Below the pieces are notes generated by a model. It worked only from the letters and a program-made list of their open reading frames with translations, searched no databases and was not told the DNA's origin. The position numbers and the translations under genes are program-made. DNA of 64,000 nt, from the NCBI GenBank assembly GCA_046328995.1, contig JAXLVN010000001.1:39477-103476 (forward strand), given 5' to 3'. This DNA is from Candidatus Kapaibacterium sp. (GTDB taxonomy: Bacteria; Bacteroidota; Ignavibacteria; Kapaibacteriales; UBA961). Shown piece by piece: positions 54,893 through 64,000 of this stretch (positions are counted from its first letter, which is position 1; every line of letters starts with the position of its first letter).

Positions 54893-57316
54893 TTATTCAA
54901 CCCGAAAAACTCCATAACAGTCGAGCAGAGTGCCGTGTTTTACGGTATAACTATACGTTCCTGCCTGTAAAGAAAGGACGATTGCAGACACACCGTCTCC
55001 GATAGTACTTGTGCATATTCGTTGACCTAGAATTGAATACACTTCCAGACGTGCATCCGGAGAATTCTTCAGGCAATCGAGAGCGAGAACGCTATTATTT
55101 CCTTGATGTGTAAATACTTGAATGATGGGGTGATCCGATGCGTTAAATTCTTCAGCAGTCGATGTTCCAAGAGTGAGAGTAAGGTAAATTGTACTATCGC
55201 AACCATTCGACGTACGAACATGCTGCACATACGTTCCGGATGATGTATAGGTCACTCCGTTCAATGTGAAGGTACCTGTAGAAGTGATGTTCAGCTCGGA
55301 GGAAGTCGCAGGATGAACAGTAATTTCCGTCGAATCCTGATTGCTGCATCCGTTGCTGTCTGTGTAGGTATAGTAAATTCTCTTTTTTCCAGCGCCTCCA
55401 AGCGTAGGATTAAACATTCCTTCATAGACTCCCTTGCCCGAATACGTACCACCAAGCGGACTGCCGCCGGTCAACTTGATGGGGGCAGCATCAACGCATA
55501 TTGCTTTTGGTGCATCGGTAGAAAATGTAACCTTTGGTTTGGGAAGTACTGTGAAATATGCAGAATCAGAATTCGATAACCCATTGGCATCCGTGAAGGT
55601 ATAAAGAATCTTCCATTGTCCATGTCCCACTTGAGACGGATAAAAATATCCATCCATGACACCCATTCCTGAATAAATGCCCCCGATCGGTGTTCCACCG
55701 GTTAGCTTTACTCGATCACTTCCACTACAAACAGCTTGTAATGATGCTGATGAATATTTGACAACCGGCGGAGTGTTCGTGGTCTTGGTATATTGTACTA
55801 CCAGTATGCTCATTGGTGGGAGAGAATACACTCCATTCGCATCCGGTGCTATTGTAGATTCTGAAATTACTTCGGCAGTAAGCCCGGTTGTGGTAAGGAT
55901 TTTGGAAGCAATTATTGAATAGCCGTTCATCCCGCTGAGTTGAAAGGGAATCGTCGAAGTCTTGTCACGATTCATAGTAATGACATTGACTTTTGAAGCA
56001 TCACTTGTCGCAAATGCGCTACTGCGAACAGAGTAGGGATTGTTATCCGAAGCAGTAGGCGAACTCGACGTGACAGATAGTGAATTATCTAACATCAGCG
56101 AACTCAGTCTCTTATACATAGCAGCAACCGGCATTAAGGTAAAGCTCCCATCAGAATTTTTACGAATTGGATGCCATATACTGCTCGTCATCCCATAGAC
56201 CCAATAATTCGAGCGTTCGAGATTTGAAATCTGACTCATCGCCAGAATCAATTCAGTGGTCATGTGCGCGCCTTGCCATTGCATCGCCAGATCTTGTTCG
56301 GCTTGCGTGGGCGGGGGAGTCGCCGGAATATAATGCGCCTGATCACCCATGATTAACACATATCCCTTTGATTTTGCCGCTATTGCGAGTTCTTTAATAC
56401 GTTTTTCGGCGGTGTTGACGCCTTGCGGCACTGTACCATTCACGACTTGTTCGGTAAGAAACGCATGGGCATTAATCGCGTATATTTTACCGGCGAGCTG
56501 CGAAGAATTCAGCACCGTCGTCACCCACGAAGAATTTGCATTCGCCGGTACGGTCACCGAAATCTGTATTGTCGGATCGATACTGCGCATAGCATCAATA
56601 ATCGGGATAATTGTTGATACATACCCGTTTACGCCATTACTTCCAAATTCACCCGATGTATAAGGTTCATTCCCCATATTCCATATCTTAATACCATACG
56701 GTTCCGGATGCCCATTGACCGCCCGCATTGCTGCCCAGTCGGTGCCACCACCCGGATTGGAGCCGTCATTCGGTGCATTGGCATATTCCACCCAATCGGC
56801 GTTGTGCATTGCTACATTTGCGAGCGCGCCTAACTGTTGGAGGGAAGTCAGGTTAGGAGTTGATTTGTCATAAATCGGCACCATAATTTGCACATCACGC
56901 GGATGAACCCCACGGGCAGCGGTCATCGCCATGAATTCATCGAATCCAAATTCCAAGACTTGCGGTGTGGTAGAAATTGGTCCCAGTATTTGTTGGGGAA
57001 TTCTGCTTTGAATTGGTCCTATAGACTTTTTCCAGTCGAATCCAACGGTAATTCCATTGGCAGGATAGCGCAGGGTGGACATCGGGAAGTCTTTGAATAA
57101 TGAATCAATTCCCGGAATAAATGTTCCCTTGGTAGTGTGATACCCAAGTAACCCGTTTTGAGACGACAAGCTCGACCGGCAGTCATAGGTAATTCCAAGT
57201 AACAGTTTGGGATTATTCATAATTACCGATTGAGTGTTCACCGTAGTCGTAGCCATTTGAGAATAGCACAGTGACGGTAGAGATAGAAAAAGGGCGATGA
57301 GGAGAATACCTCGCAT
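54893..57316 (-). CDS. GH51-like glycoside hydrolase (alpha-L-arabinofuranosidase-like) with Ig-like repeats and T9SS C-terminal sorting domain
   Basis: Start at MRGILLIALFLSLPSLCYSQ; LRYPANG…ADWVEYAN…AVNGHPEPYGIKIWNMGNEPY follows the GH51 RYPGG…VEYxN…HGxPEPYxIKYWxIGNE pattern; C-terminal …GTLLDCYGVFRVE CTD. Confidence 0.55.
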   Translation of the reverse strand: MRGILLIALFLSLPSLCYSQMATTTVNTQSVIMNNPKLLLGITYDCRSSLSSQNGLLGYHTTKGTFIPGIDSLFKDFPMSTLRYPANGITVGFDWKKSIGPIQSRIPQQILGPISTTPQVLEFGFDEFMAMTAARGVHPRDVQIMVPIYDKSTPNLTSLQQLGALANVAMHNADWVEYANAPNDGSNPGGGTDWAAMRAVNGHPEPYGIKIWNMGNEPYTSGEFGSNGVNGYVSTIIPIIDAMRSIDPTIQISVTVPANANSSWVTTVLNSSQLAGKIYAINAHAFLTEQVVNGTVPQGVNTAEKRIKELAIAAKSKGYVLIMGDQAHYIPATPPPTQAEQDLAMQWQGAHMTTELILAMSQISNLERSNYWVYGMTSSIWHPIRKNSDGSFTLMPVAAMYKRLSSLMLDNSLSVTSSSPTASDNNPYSVRSSAFATSDASKVNVITMNRDKTSTIPFQLSGMNGYSIIASKILTTTGLTAEVISESTIAPDANGVYSLPPMSILVVQYTKTTNTPPVVKYSSASLQAVCSGSDRVKLTGGTPIGGIYSGMGVMDGYFYPSQVGHGQWKILYTFTDANGLSNSDSAYFTVLPKPKVTFSTDAPKAICVDAAPIKLTGGSPLGGTYSGKGVYEGMFNPTLGGAGKKRIYYTYTDSNGCSNQDSTEITVHPATSSELNITSTGTFTLNGVTYTSSGTYVQHVRTSNGCDSTIYLTLTLGTSTAEEFNASDHPIIQVFTHQGNNSVLALDCLKNSPDARLEVYSILGQRICTSTIGDGVSAIVLSLQAGTYSYTVKHGTLLDCYGVFRVE

Positions 57317-57634
57317 CGTTGATGATAGATGGTAGAATAGAGTATTCATAGTAGTATATGGTATTGTAGTTAACAAAATGTGTGACCGACGATAGCACCT
57401 TCTCATAATAAATCGTGCACACAATGCTCATAGTTATAGCAGACGAACAGTACGATTTCCTTTCATTTCGCGCGCTTCCGAAAGTTCAATCGCTGACGTT
57501 ACTTGTTGAGAAGAAAGGTGACTGAGAAAATTCCGTTACAACATTATTCTAAAAAACTTTATCTCCCCCACAGAATTGAGTATTTTTGTAACCATATATC
57601 TACATTCAATATTTTTGACGCATTTCTACCTCCT

Positions 57635-59653
57635 ATGAAACATTCAACTACTCCTTCTTCGGACATAGATTCTCATCAAACATCAACTGCATTATCTGCT
57701 CTCCGCGAGGCAATAGCCGAACTCGAAAAACACTTCCACCCGCAGTCCAAAGCCATTTTGGATGGATGGGAAGCGAAGAAACAGAATTATAAGAATGAGA
57801 ATTTCAGCTATTTTGTGCGTGGGAAAGAAATTAAAGTGGCGAATTTCACCGAATCGCTCTCTCATAGCCAAATCCCCAAAATCGCCGTTCCCAAGTTCGA
57901 AAACTGGGGCGATATCCTCGAATGGTCCATGAAAGAAAACTTCCCGGGTGAATTTCCCTATACAGCCGGTGTGTTTCCGTTCAAACGTCAGGGCGAAGAC
58001 CCAACCCGGATGTTCGCCGGTGAAGGCGGTCCCGAGCGTACGAACAGACGTTTCCACTATGTCAGCAAAGGCATGCCCGCAGCGCGCTTATCGACAGCGT
58101 TTGATAGTGTGACGCTCTATGGCGAAGACCCCGATGAGCGTCCGGATATTTATGGCAAAGTGGGGAATTCAGGTGTGTCAATTGCGACTCTGGACGATGC
58201 AAAAAAACTCTATTCGGGGTTCGATCTCTGCGCGCCTACGACCTCTGTTTCGATGACCATTAATGGTCCTGCTCCGATGCTCCTCGCATTTTTTATGAAT
58301 GCAGCCATCGACCAACAATGCGAGAAGTATATACTAGAGAATAACTTACAAGATGAAATAAATGGTAAAATCGATGCAATCTTTGCCGCCAAAGGGCAAT
58401 CGCGTCCTATCTATCGGAATGTAGCAGCCCAAGGCGAAGAATTACCGGAAGGGAATAATGGTCTCGGACTGATGCTGCTTGGTGTGACGGGCGATCAGGT
58501 ATTGCCGGCAGATGTGTATGCCGAATGCAAAACGCGCGCGCTGCAATCGGTGCGCGGAACTGTCCAAGCCGATATTTTAAAAGAAGATCAGGCGCAGAAC
58601 ACATGTATTTTCTCAACGGAATTCGCGCTGCGCATGATGGGCGACATGCAGCAGTATTTCATCGACAAAAGTGTGCGGAATTTCTATTCGGTGTCGATTT
58701 CGGGATATCATATTGCTGAGGCAGGTGCGAATCCTATTACACAGCTTGCGCTTACGTTGTCGAATGGGTTCACGTATGTCGAGTATTATCTCTCACGTGG
58801 GATGAAGATTGATGATTTTGCGCCAAACTTATCCTTCTTTTTCTCGAATGGAATTGATCCGGAATATTCGGTGATCGGTCGTGTGGCGCGGAGGATATGG
58901 GCACGCGCGATGAAACACCGCTACGGCGGCAATGAAAGATCTCAAATGCTGAAGTATCATATTCAGACATCAGGACGTTCACTCCACGCACAGGAGATAG
59001 ATTTCAATGACATACGTACAACACTTCAAGCTCTCTATGCAATTTATGACAATTGTAATTCGCTTCATACCAATGCATATGACGAGGCAATTACGACACC
59101 GACGGAAGAGTCCGTACGCCGCGCGGTAGCGATTCAGCTCATTATTAATCGTGAACTGGGACTTGCCAAAAATGAAAATCCACTGCAGGGTTCGTTTATT
59201 ATCGAGGAGTTAACAGATTTAGTTGAAGAAGCGGTACTTACAGAATTCACCAGAATAGCAGAACGCGGTGGCGTACTCGGCGCGATGGAAACGATGTATC
59301 AGCGGAATAAAATTCAGGAAGAATCACTCTATTACGAAACACTGAAACACACGGGCGAATATCCAATCATCGGTGTGAATACCTTCCTGAGTTCGACCGG
59401 CTCGCCGACCATACTCCCGAAAGAAGTGATTCGCTCGACCGATGAAGAAAAGCAACAGCAAATCACCAATCTCCGCGCGTTCCAAAGCCGCAATGCAGAT
59501 TCCCTCGCCGGCGCGCTGCAATCCCTGAAAACAACAGCAGTCCAAAACGCTAATATCTTCGCCGCACTCATGGAAGCGGCCAAGGTATGTTCGCTTGGGC
59601 AAATGTCGGGCGCGTTGTATTCGGTGGGTGGGCAGTATCGGAGGAACATGTGA
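57635..59653 (+). CDS. Methylmalonyl-CoA mutase-family catalytic (substrate-binding TIM-barrel) subunit lacking a B12-binding domain
   Basis: Start moved to MKHSTTPSS; [18 protein letters not shown]…[17 protein letters not shown]…[15 protein letters not shown]…[16 protein letters not shown] matches MCM/ICM large-subunit motifs; protein ends at the point where MutB-type proteins continue into the B12-binding domain. Confidence 0.6.
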   Translation: MKHSTTPSSDIDSHQTSTALSALREAIAELEKHFHPQSKAILDGWEAKKQNYKNENFSYFVRGKEIKVANFTESLSHSQIPKIAVPKFENWGDILEWSMKENFPGEFPYTAGVFPFKRQGEDPTRMFAGEGGPERTNRRFHYVSKGMPAARLSTAFDSVTLYGEDPDERPDIYGKVGNSGVSIATLDDAKKLYSGFDLCAPTTSVSMTINGPAPMLLAFFMNAAIDQQCEKYILENNLQDEINGKIDAIFAAKGQSRPIYRNVAAQGEELPEGNNGLGLMLLGVTGDQVLPADVYAECKTRALQSVRGTVQADILKEDQAQNTCIFSTEFALRMMGDMQQYFIDKSVRNFYSVSISGYHIAEAGANPITQLALTLSNGFTYVEYYLSRGMKIDDFAPNLSFFFSNGIDPEYSVIGRVARRIWARAMKHRYGGNERSQMLKYHIQTSGRSLHAQEIDFNDIRTTLQALYAIYDNCNSLHTNAYDEAITTPTEESVRRAVAIQLIINRELGLAKNENPLQGSFIIEELTDLVEEAVLTEFTRIAERGGVLGAMETMYQRNKIQEESLYYETLKHTGEYPIIGVNTFLSSTGSPTILPKEVIRSTDEEKQQQITNLRAFQSRNADSLAGALQSLKTTAVQNANIFAALMEAAKVCSLGQMSGALYSVGGQYRRNM

Positions 59654-59712
59654 TGGAATAATAATTGAAACAAATATCTGTAATTCTTTCACTTATAGAC
59701 TAGTTATACACC

Positions 59713-60189
59713 ATGAAACTACACCTAACAATCGCAAGCATTCTCATTATGATGGCATGTACTTCGCAAAACCTTTTGGCAAGTGAACCGAGGATTTACA
59801 TCAATCCGGGTGTGAAATTTGGCTATAGTTTTGGTGAAAAAGGTGGCTTTACGTATGGTCTTGATGTGAGTATTACCAGTACGTTTACTGATAGTTTTAG
59901 TCCATTCTGGGCAGGAATTGTATTTACTACCAATAAGCGTAAAGGCAAACATAGTATCCATTATGGCGTACAAGCGAGCTATTTGGGTTTTGGAATGGAA
60001 GTTGGCCCAACGTATGTAAATGACTATGGAAAAATGTACTCCGGGTATAGTGTTACTACATTCGGAGGATTTGTTATTATCCCATACTACACCTATTCCA
60101 GGTTTGATAAGGATTCGCTTACGAATCACGAAATAGGAACGTATGTAAAAATGCCCATTTTAATTATGGGTGAAAGCTTTAGATTTTAA
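59713..60189 (+). CDS. Hypothetical small secreted/outer-membrane protein
   Basis: MKLHLTIASILIMMACTSQNLLASE signal peptide; Gly/Tyr-rich beta-strand-like sequence; terminal …ESFRF. Confidence 0.4.
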   Translation: MKLHLTIASILIMMACTSQNLLASEPRIYINPGVKFGYSFGEKGGFTYGLDVSITSTFTDSFSPFWAGIVFTTNKRKGKHSIHYGVQASYLGFGMEVGPTYVNDYGKMYSGYSVTTFGGFVIIPYYTYSRFDKDSLTNHEIGTYVKMPILIMGESFRF

Positions 60190-60251
60190 CATCTAGTAAA
60201 GACCAGTCCTGATAAAAAGAGCCGAACTGTTATTCATTCTCATTTGCCTCC

Positions 60252-60722
60252 ATGCCTACACATCCACAACCCAATCCTCCTCTCCACACCTTCGGCACTC
60301 CACCGCCAGACGGACTTTGTGCAACCCGGGAAGCAGTCTATGCCGTTGTACGGGAAAAGGATATGATCGCAGCCGTGCAGACTGCACGCGGGTATTTCCT
60401 GCCCGGTGGAGGAGTCGAAGACAACGAAACCGTGATCGAAGCATTGGTGCGGGAAGTGTTTGAAGAACTCGGCTGGGCGATTATTATTCATGACCCGCTT
60501 CCTGTGGTGCAGCAATATCTGTTTTCAGCGGCGAAGCAACAGCATATTCTGACGACGGCACGGTTTTTTAATGCAACGTTTTGCGCCGAGATATGCGAAC
60601 CTCTCGAAGATGACCACAAGCTTGTCTGGCTACATCAATCGGAGGCCGAAGAAATGCTGTTTACCGAGTCGATGCGGTGGGCGGTGAAGCAGATGGGAAT
60701 TCGGTTTTTTTTCAACACGTAG
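60252..60722 (+). CDS. NUDIX hydrolase
   Basis: Nudix box GGGVEDNETVIEALVREVFEELGW. Confidence 0.7.
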   Translation: MPTHPQPNPPLHTFGTPPPDGLCATREAVYAVVREKDMIAAVQTARGYFLPGGGVEDNETVIEALVREVFEELGWAIIIHDPLPVVQQYLFSAAKQQHILTTARFFNATFCAEICEPLEDDHKLVWLHQSEAEEMLFTESMRWAVKQMGIRFFFNT

Positions 60723-60900
60723 AGACGCAAAATCTTGCGTCTCTACAGGATAGGCGGATTATCATTTCCCGTCCTGTCGGTTGGAAACAACCAACCGAAC
60801 CGGAATTCGGTTTTTTTCTACACGTAGAGACGCAAAATCTTGCGTCTCTACAGGATAGGCGGATTATCATTTCCTTCGGTCGGTTGTAGCAACCGACCGT
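60696..60900 (+). repeat. Tandem ~105-bp repeat (2 units), each with a 12-bp-stem hairpin, overlapping the NUDIX stop codon
   Basis: Units cacgtagagacgcaaaatcttgcgtctctacaggataggcggattatcatttcc at 60716-60769 and 60821-60874 (identical); each contains hairpin gtagagacgcaa-aatc-ttgcgtctctac; extra hairpins cggttgg-aaacaa-ccaaccg and cggtcggtt-gtagc-aaccgaccg. Confidence 0.7.
60789..60815 (+). terminator. Putative rho-independent terminator inside the tandem repeat
   Basis: aaccgaa-ccggaa-ttcggtt followed by ttttt. Confidence 0.4.
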
Positions 60901-60959
60901 ACGGGAAATTCGTTATTTCATTGATCATTAAAGAATTATATTTCTCTTACAAGGTGCGT

Positions 60960-62279
60960 ATGATAAAACCAAGCCTGCGTTTGTTTGATCTGGTGATGAT
61001 TGTCGTTTCGATGGTCATCGGCATCGGAATTTTTCGGAATCCAGCGATTATCGCTGCAAGTGCGGGTAGTGAAACAATCTTCTACAGCGCGTGGATTGTA
61101 GGCGCTATTGTCAGCATTTGCGGCGCGCTGACGTTTTCGGAGATTGGTTCACGTTTGCCGGTTGCGGGTGGGTATTTTACGATGTTCACCGTGTGCTATT
61201 CTCCGCGGGTTGCGTTTATGCTGATATGGACGTATATCCTTTTGAATGCAGGAGCTACGGCAGCGGTAGCGTTTACGGGAGCACAATATATTACACCGGT
61301 TATTTTGCCGGGAATGGCGCCGGGAATGGGAGAAAAACTTGTTTTTTGGGGAATAATGCTGCTCCTTTTCGGTATTAATTTCCTTGGAATTCGGCTCGGT
61401 GCCGCCGCGCAGAATATGCTGAGTGTGATCAAAATAATTTTAATGTTAATTTTCATTTCTGCGATTTTCTTTTTGCCGGAAAGCGTTTCCGGTCAACCAC
61501 TTGCCGCATCATCTGTGCCTGCCGGAAATATCCTGTCTATGCTTGGCGTGAGCTTGATTGCAGTGTTTTTTAGCTATGGCGGCTATCAGAATACATCCAA
61601 TCTTGGCGGGGATGTCGAGAACCCTCAAAAGAATATTCCACGAGGAATTATCATCGCCATTTCGGTGGTGATGGTGCTGTATCTGCTGATTAATTATGTG
61701 TATGTGACGGCGCTTGGATTCGAGAATCTCAAAACTTCGCCTTTAGTTGCTGCTGATTTGGCGACTATCTTGTTTGGTAAAGCAGGGGCAACGTTTGCAT
61801 CAGTTGCTATATTTATATCAGTCTTAGGGTTTATTAATACATCGCTTTTGTTTAATCCGCGCGTGCTGTATGCAATGGCGGAGGATGGAATTTTACCGGG
61901 GATTTTCAAGAAAGTACATGAGAAAAAACAGGTGCAGGAATTCGCGTTAGTGTTCTTTACGGGACTTGTGATTCTGATGTTCGTCCTGCTGCAATCCTAC
62001 AACAACCTCCTGAATTATGTCATGTTTAACGATACCATTTCTCTCGCACTCGCCGCGATGTGTATCTTCATTCTGCGGAAGAAAAAGGTAGGCAATGACA
62101 CGCCGGGCTATCGCGTGCAGTGGTTCCCAATTATTCCAGCGATATTTATTCTCATGCAACTCAGCGTAACGGCGAATGTCGTGTATTCCGATCCCATGAA
62201 TTCCCTCATTGGGTGCGCGGTGATGTTGTGCGGGTATCCGATGTATTCGATGTTGAAAAAAGTATCCACGAAGTCCTGA
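60960..62279 (+). CDS. APC-family amino acid permease
   Basis: Start at MIKPSLRLFDLVMIVVSMVIGIGIFRNP (typical APC N-terminus); ~12 TM helices. Confidence 0.7.
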   Translation: MIKPSLRLFDLVMIVVSMVIGIGIFRNPAIIAASAGSETIFYSAWIVGAIVSICGALTFSEIGSRLPVAGGYFTMFTVCYSPRVAFMLIWTYILLNAGATAAVAFTGAQYITPVILPGMAPGMGEKLVFWGIMLLLFGINFLGIRLGAAAQNMLSVIKIILMLIFISAIFFLPESVSGQPLAASSVPAGNILSMLGVSLIAVFFSYGGYQNTSNLGGDVENPQKNIPRGIIIAISVVMVLYLLINYVYVTALGFENLKTSPLVAADLATILFGKAGATFASVAIFISVLGFINTSLLFNPRVLYAMAEDGILPGIFKKVHEKKQVQEFALVFFTGLVILMFVLLQSYNNLLNYVMFNDTISLALAAMCIFILRKKKVGNDTPGYRVQWFPIIPAIFILMQLSVTANVVYSDPMNSLIGCAVMLCGYPMYSMLKKVSTKS

Positions 62280-62338
62280 AATATTACCGGTGCTCATGCA
62301 CTAACAGTATATAATATCAATTCCTTACCATCACAACT

Positions 62339-63046
62339 ATGGAAAATGAACAACAACCTTCGCCCAAAGAAATAAGCCCCTTGTCACAGTTCCGGCATCC
62401 GTTAGAGTGGAATGATGAACCGCTCATTATTGCCGACTCGTCGGTCTATCGAACGATATGGTATGACCCTCTCTCCACATTTCGAGTATTATTACAAGCG
62501 CGGAATTCGGACTGGGTGACAGGGCAGACGACACTGCTTTTTGTCTTTGGAGGAATAATAAGATCGATTAATAAAGTCGATGTATCACTGAAAGATGGTG
62601 AGAATTCAGGAGTTTCAGGAAAAGTAATTTTGGCAATCATCAGCGGTGCATTGCTTGGGTGGATTTTCTTTATTGTGTATGCGGGTTTGCTCTGTTGGAC
62701 CGGAAACAAACTGTTGCGTGGAAATGCTGAAGAAAGAGACTATAAAACCATTCTTGCATGGTCAATTGTACCCATGATTGTAGCGTTAATCTTTACCCTG
62801 ATTCGCGTCTTGGTTTTGGACCGTTATCCGGAGTTTGGGCTGCTTTCCTTGCTGACAATGATTCCGGAAGTTGTGCTTGATGCTTGGGCTGTCGTATTGC
62901 TCGTTCGAGGGATAAAATTGATACAATCATTCTCCACACTCAAGGCGATAGTCAATATTCTGCTTCCGGGTGTGCTGTTTCTTGCGGTGATATTTGGTAT
63001 CGGATATCTGTTCGATCTCGCTTTTGGACCACGTAGTATTGAATAA
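62339..63046 (+). CDS. Yip1-like multi-pass membrane protein (paralog 1)
   Basis: Soluble N-terminus then 5 TM helices; YDPLSTFRVLL motif shared with next gene (FHPKVTFQRLL). Confidence 0.45.
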   Translation: MENEQQPSPKEISPLSQFRHPLEWNDEPLIIADSSVYRTIWYDPLSTFRVLLQARNSDWVTGQTTLLFVFGGIIRSINKVDVSLKDGENSGVSGKVILAIISGALLGWIFFIVYAGLLCWTGNKLLRGNAEERDYKTILAWSIVPMIVALIFTLIRVLVLDRYPEFGLLSLLTMIPEVVLDAWAVVLLVRGIKLIQSFSTLKAIVNILLPGVLFLAVIFGIGYLFDLAFGPRSIE

Positions 63047-63089
63047 ATTCAGAGAGTTCGTTTAAATTTTACACATTGAGGAATACATC

Positions 63090-63905
63090 ATGGAAATCAA
63101 TACTCCCGATGAAGAATTGCACTATCCTACCTCCAACGACACGAACGATAGCGAGCACCTATCGGACGAACCCACCGTTGAACCTGAAGAACATCTCTTA
63201 GAGACCGAAGAGGAAGACGTTCAGGAAGTGTCATTTACCAAGCATATTTATAGTGATATACTGTTCCATCCCAAAGTCACGTTTCAGCGTTTGCTCGCGG
63301 TGAATGGGAGCGTATGGGTAAAGAAGAGGGTACTATTGCTACTGCTCCTCGTGTGCATCCCACAAGCTTTTACTGTTAGCCATGCTACCGATAAATTTGC
63401 TGATATGAATTTGTATTATGCAGTCAAAGGGTATCTAGGATACTATGGATTTAACATCCTAAAGAATATAGCTATTAGCGCATGTGTTTATACTTTTGTT
63501 ATACTGTTGTTTCTTGTGGTCGGGCGTAAAGTTCTCGATCGTGATGTCAAATTCAGGGACTATTCGACAATAGTAGCATGGGCGCACATACCGGCTATTG
63601 TAGCTAATTTTGTGGTTCTTGGGATTCAAACTATTGTTAGTAAAATATTTACTGCAGAATATTATCTCACCCATGCAGTAGATTCTACGGTGACAACCGT
63701 AAAGGCGATATTGGTTTCGAGCATTTTGATAAAATTGGCGTTCTGGCTATGGTCAATCTATCTTGTTGGGTATGGAATTAATGTCCTTTACTCCTTCCGT
63801 TTACGAGAAACCTTATCTACTATTATCATTTTAATATTATTTGTCATCGCGCTTATGGTACTAGGTGCTAATCTTTCTCCATATTTATTCACGACATCTT
63901 TTTGA
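63090..63905 (+). CDS. Yip1-like multi-pass membrane protein (paralog 2) with acidic N-terminal extension
   Basis: Acidic N-terminus (EPTVEPEEHLLETEEEDVQE), then 5 TM helices with same topology/motifs as 62339-63046. Confidence 0.45.
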   Translation: MEINTPDEELHYPTSNDTNDSEHLSDEPTVEPEEHLLETEEEDVQEVSFTKHIYSDILFHPKVTFQRLLAVNGSVWVKKRVLLLLLLVCIPQAFTVSHATDKFADMNLYYAVKGYLGYYGFNILKNIAISACVYTFVILLFLVVGRKVLDRDVKFRDYSTIVAWAHIPAIVANFVVLGIQTIVSKIFTAEYYLTHAVDSTVTTVKAILVSSILIKLAFWLWSIYLVGYGINVLYSFRLRETLSTIIILILFVIALMVLGANLSPYLFTTSF

Positions 63906-63919
63906 TAAGAGGTACGCTG

Positions 63920-64000
63920 ATGATCCACTTCACCCATGGCGACCTACTCCACACTCCCGATCCATTCATCGCACAAGGCGTGGCTGTGGGGTCGCAGGAA
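63920..64000 (+). CDS. Partial CDS (5' end), possible TARG1/OARD1-like macro domain protein
   Basis: MIHFTHGDLLHTPDPFIAQGVAVGSQE resembles the GDLF…SLAHCIS N-terminal pattern of TARG1-type macro domains; runs off window end. Confidence 0.3.
   Translation, partial: MIHFTHGDLLHTPDPFIAQGVAVGSQE

Noticed and set aside
60677-60889. 70-aa ORF with internally duplicated peptide FFQHVETQNLASLQDRRIIIS
   Set aside because: It simply translates the 105-bp tandem nucleotide repeat; no start context; treated as repeat artefact.

Overview
This 64-kb window probably comes from an FCB-group (Bacteroidota-like) bacterium. The evidence for that placement is several T9SS C-terminal sorting domains, SprB-type repeats, delta-60 repeats, and a TTTG/TAnnTTTG promoter motif at 7332-7362.

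Layout of the window:
(1) An OMP gene and a tRNA-Phe(GAA) with its own terminator.
(2) Directly downstream of the tRNA (about 1.34-6.0 kb), an AT-rich, same-strand array of small ORFs (several lipoproteins). Each ORF is preceded by a copy of a conserved ~175-bp intergenic element, with five copies in total, one degenerate and one 5'-truncated. A pair of 162-bp MITE-like elements with terminal inverted repeats flanks one cassette. No integrase or recombinase is visible. It looks like an integron-like / rAID-like cassette array.
(3) A housekeeping stretch: a VWA membrane protein, a Lon-family protease, a histidine phosphatase, RodA, a BCCP-like biotinyl protein, an MGMT-like protein, an SBBP-repeat T9SS protein and a crotonase.
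(4) A tight, co-directional minus-strand cluster of about 21 kb (19.7-40.7 kb) that I consider the most interesting feature. It encodes:
- a signal-peptide-bearing WD40-repeat protein fused to a caspase-family (C14/CHAT-like, His/Cys dyad) protease;
- three paralogous outer-membrane proteins with tandem OmpA-like domains;
- a stand-alone CHASE2 membrane sensor lacking any output domain;
- a small secreted TPR-like protein;
- two giant T9SS-sorted surface proteins (SprB-repeat, 1592 aa; BNR/delta-60 repeat, 1745 aa).
A perfect 14-bp palindrome sits in its promoter region.
(5) TrmB, a HipA-like kinase, an O-methyltransferase, TamB, an OmpR-type response regulator with its histidine kinase, a DsbD-alpha-like protein plus full DsbD, an orphan PntAB-like transhydrogenase subunit, a GH51-like T9SS glycoside hydrolase, a methylmalonyl-CoA-mutase-family catalytic subunit without a B12 domain, a NUDIX hydrolase, an APC permease, two Yip1-like paralogs and a partial TARG1-like macro gene.

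Several intergenic regions carry unusual repeated hairpin structures: a 105-bp tandem repeat at 60.7-60.9 kb and three GTCCC-N3-GGGAC palindromes at 54.65-54.76 kb.

No rRNA, CRISPR array, integrase or obvious prophage genes were seen.
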